The notes below the pieces were generated by a model. That model was not told the origin of the DNA and did no database searches. It saw only the letters and a program-made list of their open reading frames with translations. A DNA stretch of 53,237 nt, counting the filler, from Porpidia crustulata (lineage: Eukaryota): NCBI GenBank assembly GCA_964255105.1. It is 3 parts of 3 records of this genome, joined end to end, with 100 filler letters (N's around TTAATTAATTAA, not from the genome) between each part and the next. Parts side by side here need not be neighbours in the genome. Positions count along the whole stretch, not along the records: positions 1 to 17,702 come from CAXUWE010000207.1; positions 17,803 to 35,503 come from CAXUWE010000208.1; 1 more part is not named here. One strand, 5' to 3'. Position 1 is the first letter of the stretch. The number at the start of each line of letters is the position of its first letter. The translations under genes were made by a program, and so were the position numbers. Shown piece by piece: positions 13,307-24,213 of the stretch.

Positions 13307-13801
13307 ATGTCGAACCCTTCCTCCCAGACAGCTATGCCCGCCTCTTTCCACGGCGTCAACCACCTTAAATTGCCCTGCTCATCCATCATCAAGACCCACA
13401 CCTTCTACACCACTATCCTCCCGTTCACCCCCCTGCCCCAATACGACCACTTCACCCCAGACCACAAGCTCTTTGCCAAAATGTGCCAGCACGCTCCCAC
13501 GAACCTCATCATCGAAACGCGCTACGTCCCTAGCCAGGCCGTCGCACAAAAGGGCTGGGATCCCATCACGTATGGCGTGGGCACGAAAATAGATCTGGAG
13601 GAGTGGGCACAGTGGTTCGATGCCAAGGGTGTCACGCATAGTCGGATATTCTTTGGCATAAAGGGGTGGGTCATGGGGTGTGAAGATCCCGACGGGCGTA
13701 TTGTGAGGTTGTATGTTGATCAAGAGGAACATGAGTGGACGGATCATCCAGATGAGGATGTGTATTGGTTGGGGACGGTGGAGGCGGATCCGAATATGTA
13801 A
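13307..13801 (+). CDS. Glyoxalase/bleomycin resistance/dioxygenase (VOC) family protein
   Basis: Intact intronless 164-aa ORF with GVNHLKLP, FYTTILPF, DLEEWAQWFDAKGV.HS and EDPDGRIVRLY motifs. Confidence 0.85.
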   Translation: MSNPSSQTAMPASFHGVNHLKLPCSSIIKTHTFYTTILPFTPLPQYDHFTPDHKLFAKMCQHAPTNLIIETRYVPSQAVAQKGWDPITYGVGTKIDLEEWAQWFDAKGVTHSRIFFGIKGWVMGCEDPDGRIVRLYVDQEEHEWTDHPDEDVYWLGTVEADPNM

Positions 13802-14643
13802 GGAGATGGGTTGGGAGTCGGAGAGAGGGGCTCTGAGCGTATCGACTAGAAGATCGTGAGGCAATTGATGTCCGAAAATGGGGTCTGCGAGATTAAGATG
13901 GCAATGATATCTCCTTCTTTTCTTCTTGTTAGTAAACATGCTATGTGGTGACAGGGCACCCTGGACTTGAAGAAACTCCTATCGCTCACACACTTATTGT
14001 TTCTATAGTACTATACATCACACAACTAGTTCAATGATTGAAACTCAATCGCGCTCTTGATATTCCTATTTCAAAATCCCGTTACACTATTCGTCGTAAA
14101 CGAAAAGAGCATCGTTGTATCTCAGAGCCATTCGTAATTTAATGTAGCAAATTGGTAGCATTGGAATTTAAGAGAGTACACTCGTGATCTAGTATATCTT
14201 AAACGAAAATGAAGTTCAAAAGATAATTCAATGTGCTTAATGCACACACTCTTCTTCGACGGACTCCATTATATATCGCAAAACCAACTTGAAAAATGCT
14301 AGATTAAAGTGTTCTTTATTTCCGGTGACAAGACTTCAAGAAAGGAGTCGATACTTGATATTTAAGATTAATGTGATCATTTCTTTATGCAACTTGATGA
14401 TTAACCCAAAGCCGGAAGAAGTTTGCATGCTATTGATTAGCATGTGGCTGAGCGAAATCTTGGTTGAACGTGACATTTAAAGGATCGGGGCTCGACTGCG
14501 ACTGATCTTCGTCTCGAGATATCGCAGTCTCTCAGGACATTTTGTGGATTGGAAAGACATAGATTTCGAACGGCGATGGTGCTTGCGGAGTCCGGTGCCA
14601 CATACAGATGACTAGTTTCATGACTCGACGCTGAATCTAAAGA

Positions 14644-15767
14644 TCAAGTTTCGGAGTGAGCGTGCGCTAATTCTCGAGATACTATTGCCTGTGTCGGGCC
14701 TACCCTCGAGATTGCCTCGTTTGTCCATTGGAATGTTGCGTTCGACATCTGTTGTTGTTGACTCTCTTCGTAAGAAGGTGGACTATGTCCAGCTTCAGTG
14801 TCAGTGGGGAATTGATTCATCCGTGAAGAACTAAGGGTAAAACTTGGGTCTCGCCATTTCGATGACATTTTGTTAATGATGAGGGTTATACTGGGTGCAC
14901 CACCAGTAATCACACCAAGTATTACTCCGAGCACTGACAGAAGGCCCAGATGGCCTTTTGGATAAGTGTAGTCGGTAGAGGTCACTAAGTGAAGTGCTTG
15001 TATGCGGAGGCCAGTGATGATCATGACCCTGACCATGATTTAGCTCGCCGCAATAATTACTTGTTGGGGAGATGGGCAACATACAGAGCGCCAATCGATA
15101 ACACTGATGATACAAGAAGCTTTCTCTTCATATCCATGTGCAGACGCCATGTTATAGGGAGCGGTAGAATAAGAGCGACTAGGTCAAGAAGTAGTCCAAG
15201 CGCTTCAAGCATAACGTAAGATACCACCCGCTGACCACAGCTGCCGGTGACACTCGGATTCCAGATCCCTGCCAACGGATGGCATATCAGGAATATCTCA
15301 AGCACGACAGTCACGCCGTGAAGCATTGTGAGAACAATCATACCCCGTATAAACCAGCATATTCATACATACGTTCCAACCACGATCCGCCGAAGGAAAA
15401 GTAGAATCGATACTCTGATCAGAGTATTCACCAGTCCCCATAGAGTCTCGTTGGCAAAAAGCGACTGAACATATTGTGAGCATGAAATCAACGAAGTCGT
15501 ATTTACAGAGCATACACGGGCGAGTAGAGCAAGTTGCGCTCGAGACACTTGTGTTACATTATTATCCTGACCTTCGCCGATGATTGCCCAAGTAATTTAA
15601 GCAATAAGAACAAGAGTGATCAAGAATGCACTGATCAGCATGTAATCATCCACTCTCAGGGCGACGCTGGCCAGCCGACGAGCCCAGATCATGAGATCGA
15701 CGGCGATAGTAGCCAATGGTGTAAAGATCCAGATACACGCGAGGGTAGCTCGACCAAGATTGGACAT
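14644..15767 (-). pseudogene. PTH11-like (fungal rhodopsin-domain) integral membrane protein with two nonsense codons
   Basis: ATG at 15767; motifs LRVDDYML, LIRVSILLFLRRI, IFLICHPLAGIWNP...GSC and LLLDLVALILPLPITWRLHM..KRKL. Introns at 15465-15515 and 15029-15084. In-frame TAA at 15597-15599 and TGA at 15363-15365. Confidence 0.8.
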
Positions 15768-17323
15768 TGTAGAGATTCGGTAAAGACAATGTCGAAACTA
15801 TCGAGAATAATCAACAATGTCTTATGCTGGCAAATTAGACGCCTAGATTTTCAAGTGCATCCGAGACTCGAAATAGCTTGAACGATTGAAGAGACGACAA
15901 TTCTGTCATCGAAGCAAACGACTGATAGATAACTGAAAGCCGATGGAACGGGCGGTTTCAACTTATGACATCGTAAGATGATTTACAAGGGGTTTCTATT
16001 CGGAGCAATCGGTCGGAAAAATGTGAAAAGCTGGGACATGAAAGACAAGCGCAGTAGTAAGACGTACCGCAGATGTACCTGGCAGGTGCAACAATTGACC
16101 GCAGCATAATGTGAAGGTCCAATGACTGAGAATGATGTTCACACCACAAAACTACTGGAAAAGGTGAGGCGGAGATGAAGTTCGGGCAACTGATTTGTTA
16201 AAGATTGACCGCATTTGCACACCGCAATGTGGGCAAAATTGTTTCGCCCCAATGTTGCTGCACTCCGGCGGAGTGACATTACTGTAGTTCCGATAAGTTC
16301 AGTAAAATCAAAATCCGTATAGTAAGGAGGAGAATCACTTGAGGACTTGATTTAGCTGTGGAAGTGACATTTTCTTTGAGCTTCGAAAGTTTCCCTAAGG
16401 AAGTGCGACAGAAGTAGAGGGGTACTCGCTACCATCGCAATCTGTACTTAAGGCGTCTTTCATGAGCTTAGCTTACATGAGGACAGGCCTTCTAGATCAA
16501 TAACAAAATTAAACACTACTCATTGGCTCGAGAAATGTAAGTAGGCCGGGTTCGAGAGCGCCGATGGGACCACTGACTTTCCCTCTTCTGCCCCCTTCGC
16601 TTCCTTTATTGATTTACGATGTACGCTTTTATAAAATTCAATGTTCTTAGTGGCCTTCGACATTGACTTAGGCAGCAGAAATAGCGCTATGAACGGCTGG
16701 GTGATAAGGCGGTGAAAACGAATCGTCCCAGCATCACAGTACAGCGTTGTGCTCCGGATCAATTTTGGACATACACTTGATCGTGCATTGAAGCACAGGG
16801 CTGATTACATTGATCGTAGAGAGAACCGCGCAAAGACTTCTTCTTGAAAGGTTAAAAGTATGTCAGTCTTTATTAGAATGTTTGCGAAAGAGGCATGACT
16901 ATATCGATTCTGGTTTCTAGACTAAACGGGTATTCTAGCACTACGCTCTAATTTACAGTTCAGTGCGACGATCAAGAGATCAACTCCATCGACAGACATG
17001 AGTCTCTCCATACGACAGCTAAGTAGTTTCAATATCGGGTTAAGGCAACAGTGTACTCAATGTAAAGCTGTTCGAAAGCGGATACTTCGTGCGGGTGTAG
17101 CAACCTCCCAAATTTTCCTGGGTCGTTTTCTATTTGGGCTCGATCCTTGCGGTGAATCATAATTCGATTATGGATTGTGATAGCTGTGTCAAATGACGTC
17201 TGAAAAGCTCACTATTGACTGAACTCTGATTCATGCGGACGTTGCTTGAGCTCTGATCCATTCTGACGTCGCTTCTCTAGTTTGACTTTCACTCTACTGA
17301 CAGTCTGTCTCAGACTAACATTT

Positions 17324-17702
17324 TGTTACGGACCAGGGGTCTAGGCCCGTAGACAAGTAAGGCTAGGAGCGGGACAACGTTTCTCTTAGCGGGCTCTACC
17401 AGCTCTACCAGCTTTACTGGGGTTTCCGTTAGAGCCAGTAGAGCCAGTAGAGCCGTGAGGGTTGAGGACTATATAGGTAGCCCTTATGGCACACGAGGAT
17501 ATGGCTCCTCAGCAGTTATCTCAATATAGTAGTATCTCTATACCTTACTATGTAACGACCAGAGCCACTATAATCCTCGGTGCACCCCGTGCTCCCTAAT
17601 AGATGTTAAGGGCCAATTGACCATGGTATCAGCTATACCCGCAGGAGGGGTATACCTCGGACCGCTCAGTGTGATCGGTTTGATCACGACTGAGCATCAT
17701 GA
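17324..17702. mobile_element. Probable LTR-retrotransposon ends (possibly nested) running into the assembly gap
   Basis: Three LTR-like starts: TGTTACG (17324), TGTAACG (17551) and TGTTAAG (17604). TATA-like CTATATAG near 17469, an internal palindromic 9-mer array, TpA-rich sequence and adjacency to a scaffold gap. No coding domain is visible. Confidence 0.45.
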
Positions 17703-17802
17703 NNNNNNNNNNNNNNNNNNNNNNNNNNNNNNNNNNNNNNNNNNNNTTAATTAATTAANNNNNNNNNNNNNNNNNNNNNNNNNNNNNNNNNNNNNNNNNN
17801 NN
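17703..17802. other. Assembly gap with artificial six-frame stop linker
   Basis: 44 N + TTAATTAATTAA (17747-17758) + 44 N; identical structure at the second gap. Confidence 0.97.
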
Positions 17803-18348
17803 GGCCGTGGGGTTGTACTGTAGTCGTTGGGGCGAGCCTGCGGTAGGCGGGTCTTGGCGCACTGGACTGGTGGTCACGAGACTGGGCTGGTTGGATGGTG
17901 GTAGGTGGATGGCTCTTAGATTACTTGGTAAGTTTTGGCGCTCCATAGCTGATGAGTAAAAGGGAGCCGCGGTCGGATTGAAAGGTGGGCTTGATGGTTG
18001 TATGGCAGGGTCGTGATAGGGGTTGCCAATCGAGTGGAAATTGAAAAGAACAGAGGAACGAGGAGCATTAGGGGTCTCGTCTTTGGCGATGTAGGCTTGA
18101 TTAAAGGAGGTGGAGGCGTTGTGTTCGTTGTGGAGTTGGTGCGCATGGTTGATCGCATTTTGGCTGGGAGATAAGACCTGTGTTGATCTCGCTTGGGAAT
18201 GTGAATACTCTGGCTGCTGATGGTAATAATGCTGGGTCATGAGTGGCGATGCTTCTTCACTGCTTATGGATCTACTTGATGAAAGTCGGGACATTTCTGA
18301 TGGATCTGATATCTGCTTGGGAGACGGCGAGTCTGGCTGATGATCCAT
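17803..18348 (-). CDS. Hypothetical low-complexity (P/S/Q/H-rich) protein, 5' part, truncated by the gap
   Basis: Open frame of about 182 codons from the ATG at 18348 into the N-run; no recognisable domain. Confidence 0.45.
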
Positions 18349-18823
18349 TGTATGACGTTTTGCATATCTGCTTGTACGTGCTCCTGAAAATTCTCAATAA
18401 GCATGATCATCTTGACAATGGTTGTGTTTGAAGTGAATATATCGGCATCCATTATTCCGATTTGGTGTCGTAGGTGATGAAATGTCCAGGAGTCATATAA
18501 AGCCACTGTTAAAGACTGTGATTAGGCACGACTTTCTTCTCCTGTTGTTTAGTCATGTCTCGAGGAGCTAATCGTTCAGTACTGTATGCGCCTATGCCAC
18601 TCAGGAGGAATCGTGCGACTTGATGCTCGATAGTCGAAAGCTAATATTAGTCCTGACAAGGAGCAGTACCCGTTGAAGTCTCTGATCTGCTCCATAATCC
18701 CTCGACATGACCACTAGAAAGTCTGTCCAGACTTTTGTATTAAACCTAAGTCTGGGAGAAATGATAGGTCTTCCATGACGAGCTCTGTCGCAAGGTCCGA
18801 ATCCCGCATCTTGGCAAATATTG

Positions 18824-20629
18824 CTATGCTGTCTCGCTAATAACTGGCATAGGAGTAGCTCTGGTCTCTTCAGCTTCCTCCTCAAGCCTGTCTCTTGCTA
18901 GATGTTTGCTTGTCCGCCACACGTATCCAACTAAAACTATACCCACTACGAGTGCTATCACCAGTAAAATGATATTGACAGGTATAGGATCGCCATGAAA
19001 GGCTTTATGAGTAGTTGCATCCAACGCAGATTGCGAGAAATTCAGGAGGCCCGCAAGGCAGATGATCAACCCATAGACTTTTCCAAAAGTGTGAAAGCCG
19101 AAAACTTTGGCTGCATAATCCGAGACGGTGGTATAGTACAGTGGACGGTACAAGACGAAGATTGCGATGTTGGCATATGCTGCCCATGTAAATGGCAAGA
19201 CTCCGAGCACGCCAATGGTAGTAGCCGATGAAACCAAGAGACCAAGAACGAATGAAGTACTCGTATTATCCAGAACGAGGCCTATAAAGGGTACAGATAT
19301 AACTCCACCCAATGGTAATGCAATATCGAAGACTTGATTTACCTGTTCGGCCAACGCGTCACTGTTCAGTAAGAAATCATACTGCGTCCGTATAGTGGCA
19401 ACGAAGTAGTTTATCCTCGTCATTTGGACAACCGTGAAGACTGTAATCAAGATGAACCACGGGGATTTGATCTGCTCCAACGCCGACCGCCCATGTAGAG
19501 CGCCCCAAACACCACTAGTCTTTTGCTTCTTTTCTTCCTGCTCGAGCTGCTTATTCTCAGCTTTCGTACCAAGGAGCGACGTGCTCTCAGAGACTGCTCC
19601 CTGCTGGTGCACATGCGATGGAATCCTCTCATCTTGAAGATGATCAGCTCGCCCAGTGCCGTGACCATCCCAATCAATGGGATTGAAGTCAATTGATGAA
19701 TTTTCGCCCCCGCTAGCTTGCTCGCTACTAGTCTTGTATGACTTTGACGGCATTATAAGCAATTGCGCAAGTAGTGTGAATATCGGAATAATCAAATAAA
19801 ATAAGAAGAATTTTTGAGGGGTAAAAGTCTATTCGGACGCCGAATAGAGCAAACGATACAGAAGAAATATGGCGCTAGATGAGTCAAAGGCACCTGTCAG
19901 AAGGGCTAGAATAAGACCCGAATGCTCGGGGAAAGTATTCGATAATTGGAACGATGAGATGAATATAAAAGGCCCTCCGAGAGCGAGAAACAGATATCCG
20001 GGTATATAGCCATCAAATGGTAGTTGCGCTGCGAACGCAAAAAGTAGAGCGCCAATGGCAAGTAAGATACTACCGGTAATTCCACAGATGCGAGGACCAT
20101 ACTTGTCAAGAGCGGTGCCTACAGGAAGCGCGCATACGTTTGTCGCTACAGCTGCGATTGTAAACATCAAATTCAGTCTGACAGTGGCTTTTTGTAAGTA
20201 AATGTGCTAGATATACTCATTGAAGGCATGGTACCGTAATTCCTGCTCATAGCATGTGCTCTCACTACTTCTCAACTCATCCGTCGTACAGAGATCACTG
20301 TACACACCCTCGCTGATCAGGACTGGCTTGATTGCTGCGTATCCAAAGACTACACCCGCACCAAAGAGACAATAAACGACAGCAATAGAGACTTGCACTA
20401 CGCCCGGTCGTCGTTAGTAGGACATCAAATTGATTCAGATATACCAGCATAACTAACATATGCGTTTTGGCTTTGGTACCACGTAACATGCTACCGATTC
20501 TTCTTCAGCCCGTGGGGGAATCCAGGTGCCCACGGGGTTGAAGCTGATACTCCTGTGTTCAGATCTTCCAGGCGATGATCCTCGAACATGCTCATAGGAT
20601 GTCATTGAATTCACCCTTTGCAGAGACAT
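18824..20629 (-). CDS. FMP42: FMP42-like MFS transporter (SLC43/LAT3-like), interrupted by one in-frame TAG
   Basis: ATG at 20629 (MSLQRVNS). Introns at 20398-20457 and 20178-20234. Motifs QV..AVVYCLFGAGVVFGYAAIKPVL, LPVG..LDKYGPR, LTGAFDSSS, QMTRINYFVATI and RPLYYTTVSDY.AKVFGF.TFGKVYG. In-frame TAG at 19829-19831, then the same frame continues (TFTPQKFFLFYLIIP). Confidence 0.85.
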
Positions 20630-21099
20630 GGTGAAAAAATATGAAGTGGTAGTGGATTCTTAGGAGTATTCAGAGCGAGCAGTTGTGTGTAAGAAAAAGC
20701 GGCCCTGTAGAGGAATGTTTAATTGGAAAATCAACGATAGCGAGCATCAATATCAAAGTCAATGATGCTATTCCCAATGCCAGAGGGAAGAAATCCGTGG
20801 TACTGGTGAAAGTCGAAAGAGGAGAGAAAAGAGAGAGAGGAGAGATAAGACGAAGCGATTAGTCGAACATGACGATTCGCCATACAGAAATTTGAGAACA
20901 ACCCCGCCGCTAAGCGGAAGTACTAGCCTCTCGGCAAGACCTGCCTATTTTCAGTATTGATGTAAATTCTACCGATATCCAAGTCCCCATAATACCCAAT
21001 AAGGGGCACGCAAAAGATATACCAGTATTTACTCCCTTGAGATTGTAGCAATGCTCCCAATAGGCCATGAATCAAATGCGTAATGAAGTCCAGCGTTAT

Positions 21100-23157
21100 T
21101 CACAATCCACCTTGGTGAACCGGGCATGCCCCAACGCCCTTGGTATCCCACCATTGACGAATGCATGCCTGTGTATTTATAGTTAGTGGGTGTGGAGGGA
21201 ATTGCTGGGAGAGGAGGCTGGGTTTCCTCACTTTATGGAATTTGCACAGACACTCCAATCTTCCCATCTCATCCCCAACAGAAAATTCCTCGAAACAGAT
21301 TACACATTCTTGTGTACCATCCCCACCCTCTCCGATACAGTCCTTTTCACTTGCGTGGTATACGACCATGCCTGTGGTCCTTCGTCGCGACACTAATGGC
21401 GGCGGCGGCATACTCTGCGTGTCCTCCGTCCCGAGGACAGAACTTGCCACGTTTTGTGAAGGTGTAGCCGCGCTCGCTACTACTGCCGCGGCGGTAGCAG
21501 CCGCTGGGGGTGGATGAGAGGTTCTAGGTGTGGAGGTCGAAAAGTGAGTCGCGATGCATGCGGTGACATGGGCTTCACGAGCCGATTCAGACCCGTCGGG
21601 GCCTTTGGGGGGCAGAGCAGCGTGGCAAATCGGGCACTCGTCTTCTTCTCGAAGCATAGGCCGAGGCGGTGCTCGAGGTACCGAGGGACCATCGGCGTTG
21701 ACAACTGGGCGGGGACGAGGGTGTGCGAGAACGCCTACCGTCGAAAAGCGATGACGATGGCGAGGATGCGGTGGCCCATGCCTTTGGAGGAGAGATTGAA
21801 CATACCCCTACAGGTGAAATTAGTGGTTTCAAAGCTGTAGGGAAATCCTACTCACGTCGTCATGCTGTAGTCCCGGCGCAGAACCAAAGATTGACTGATA
21901 ATTCGGAGGAAGCTGTGACACTCTTTCTCCAGGTCGAGATGCATGGCTGTGTCGCCGGTCAATAACAGGACTGGGGATATTGGAAGCATCTCTTGATGAT
22001 TGTCTTGTCACAGAATGGGTCATATCAGGATTTGCCACATGACCATCCAGTCGGTCAGAGGGGGCCCTCCTGGCCAAGGATGGTCGCTGGTGAGCTAACG
22101 CTGAGAGATCGCCAGGTGAAAGACGTCTCGATATTTCGAGGATCCTTCCCTGTCCGGTGTAAGAGGCTCCTGGATAGCGAGTAGACGGGGTGTATGCAAG
22201 ATGTGGCATTGGGTTGGGGTCGGGCACACATGGATTACACAATCTGACCTCCTGACCGCCGCCCAGCGCAGGGTCAATACTGTAGTCTTGGATTGATGGT
22301 CGTGTATCCCCTTCAAGACGTGGTGGCTGTATTGCAGTATCTTCGCTATCATTTGTGAGATCAACGATATCAGGGGCCACGGTCGTTCGAGTCCTCTGCA
22401 TTGCAGCTGCTTCTTGTGGCGAGCGCACGATGAATTGACGTGGAATAGTGATTCGATGGGGGGAACAGCTAGCACACACAACTCTACCACATTTTCGACA
22501 GTGATGCCTTCGATTCAAAAAGCCGAATTGAATACCACAGATTGGGCAGGCTGACACCTCATTATCTGGCTGCCAGTGGGGAAGTATAGATTCTTGGCTT
22601 CTACGACCTTCTGATGCTTGAAAGCTTGGCCTTTGCGGTAAAGGCCTGTCTGTGATTCTTGGCCCAGGTTGCGTTTCTGTGTCCGCCGGGACTGGGGATA
22701 AGGGATTATCTTGTGTGGCTTGCGAAAAGCTGTGCCTCATCCTGTGATTGGCAATTTGTCCCGCGGACATGTTACTGGCAGATCGCCTTCGCGAACGATC
22801 TTCCTGCTGCTCGGACATTCTTCGTTTTCTGTCTGCGGCTATCAGAGCAGCCCTTTCCTTGACCCTTTGAATCTGATCCGGTGTGGGTTGTCCGGCAGTA
22901 TGTGAATGCCTCAGGAAGTCCATCCACGTTTCTCCATCTGCCACCGCCTCTTCAGGAGTAGCTCTAGAGTGAAGTCCCGAACCATTCAAAGCCACCACTT
23001 CATCACTATGCAATCTCCTCAAGGCCTCGCTGATCCTTATGTCCCTTCCACTGCTGCTATCACCTGCACCGCCATGAGAACTTATCCGACGAGGACGAGA
23101 TGTTGAATCTGTGAAGTGTGACGTAGAAGCTCTTGAGTCTTGTAGGGCCGAATCCAT
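21100..23157 (-). CDS. PIB1: FYVE-domain and C-terminal RING E3 ubiquitin ligase (Pib1-like)
   Basis: FYVE motif WQPD..VSACPIC...FGFLNRRHHCRKCGRVVC..CS...VRLCNPC; RING motif ECVICFEEF..G.....LECLCKFHKACIRQW......CPVH. Introns 21808-21855 and 21169-21231 restore a continuous frame. Confidence 0.85.
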
Positions 23158-24213
23158 CGATGGCCCCGCAAGCTTCGGCCGTTTACGAGGACGTCCAAAA
23201 GATGGGTGCTGGCGGCAATGCCCCGGATCACGATGGTTCTCCAGGATGCCCGCGCAACAAGGAATTCAACCAAGCCTGGAGGTCTGCTGAAGTAAACAGC
23301 GATGAATTTTGATTGTGCTACAGACGCAAGAACATTAGCCGTCACCGCTTCCAAATTATAGGAAATCGTGTACCTCTATCATACACCGAGCTTATTTTCG
23401 TTGACTAACATATTGGGAACTGTCGTAGAACTTGAATTATGAATAGTCAAGATATAATCAAGGATGCGAGTCTAGTCGTACCCAAGTTGTAGAGTCAAGA
23501 TAAGATATAGTTTGCGAGGTGCGGCTCTTGTTGGTCCACACTTACCGTTAGCCACACTCTTCGTGATAGGTTGAAGTTCGACTAGATGATATCTGGAACT
23601 TCGAGCATGATAAACATATTGTCAACATACCTCATCTAGAATCACCGACTTCTACTTATCCTAGATAGATGCAGCGAACATTCGGTTTCTCACAAGATAG
23701 TCCGCCTAAGCTTTAAATAAATCAACGGCGGCAAGTGATACAACAATAGCCTATTGACTGACCCTGAGGTGATCGGTGAAGCTGAATGCATGATTTTTCA
23801 GAATGCTTTTACATACTCATCACTTTGCTTTGGTATAACTCAGATGGCAGAAGACGGAAGGTGTAGGGAGGTATAGCTCCATGTTATATCTCGTATTGGA
23901 GGAAGCTCCTTTGGCCTCTCTTTTCCCCTCTGCGAATCCCGCTACTATGACTGGGAGTGTTATATGTACAATAGATCGAATCATCCGATTAACACCCCCA
24001 CTTGACTGATTAATTACCTGGCAGACTTTCTGCTTTCGCAATGCAACGCTGAATGAAAACCCTGTATGCGTGTTATCAACGCTGCACATCCCACGGATTC
24101 AACCCGTCATTGCCCGAACGCCAGTGCACTTTTTCCACGACCTTAAGAAATTCGTTGCTGAATAGATTATGTGAAGCGCTGTGTTGAAATTTAGGAAAGA
24201 AGGTTGATTATAT

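Noticed and set aside
13379..13939. Long antisense ORFs overlapping real genes (also e.g. 40569-41159, 42788-43339, 38460-38918)
   Set aside because: Shadow or alternative-frame ORFs caused by codon bias of the genuine overlapping genes.
16540..16565. GGGTTCGA resembling a tRNA T-loop
   Set aside because: Flanks do not form a T-stem or cloverleaf; no tRNA or rRNA gene was recognised in the window.
1..17300. Accessory region as Starship or other giant-transposon cargo
   Set aside because: Gene types (HET, nuclease-like, PTH11-like) are compatible, but no DUF3435 tyrosine-recombinase captain or element boundary is visible in the window.
17747..17758. TTAATTAATTAA palindrome repeated at 35548-35559
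   Set aside because: Sits centrally in identical N-runs; it is an artificial scaffolding linker with stops in all frames, not biology.
3931..19831. Alternative genetic code explaining the in-frame stops
   Set aside because: TAA, TAG and TGA all occur as lesions and all serve as normal terminators of intact genes here; frameshifts co-occur.
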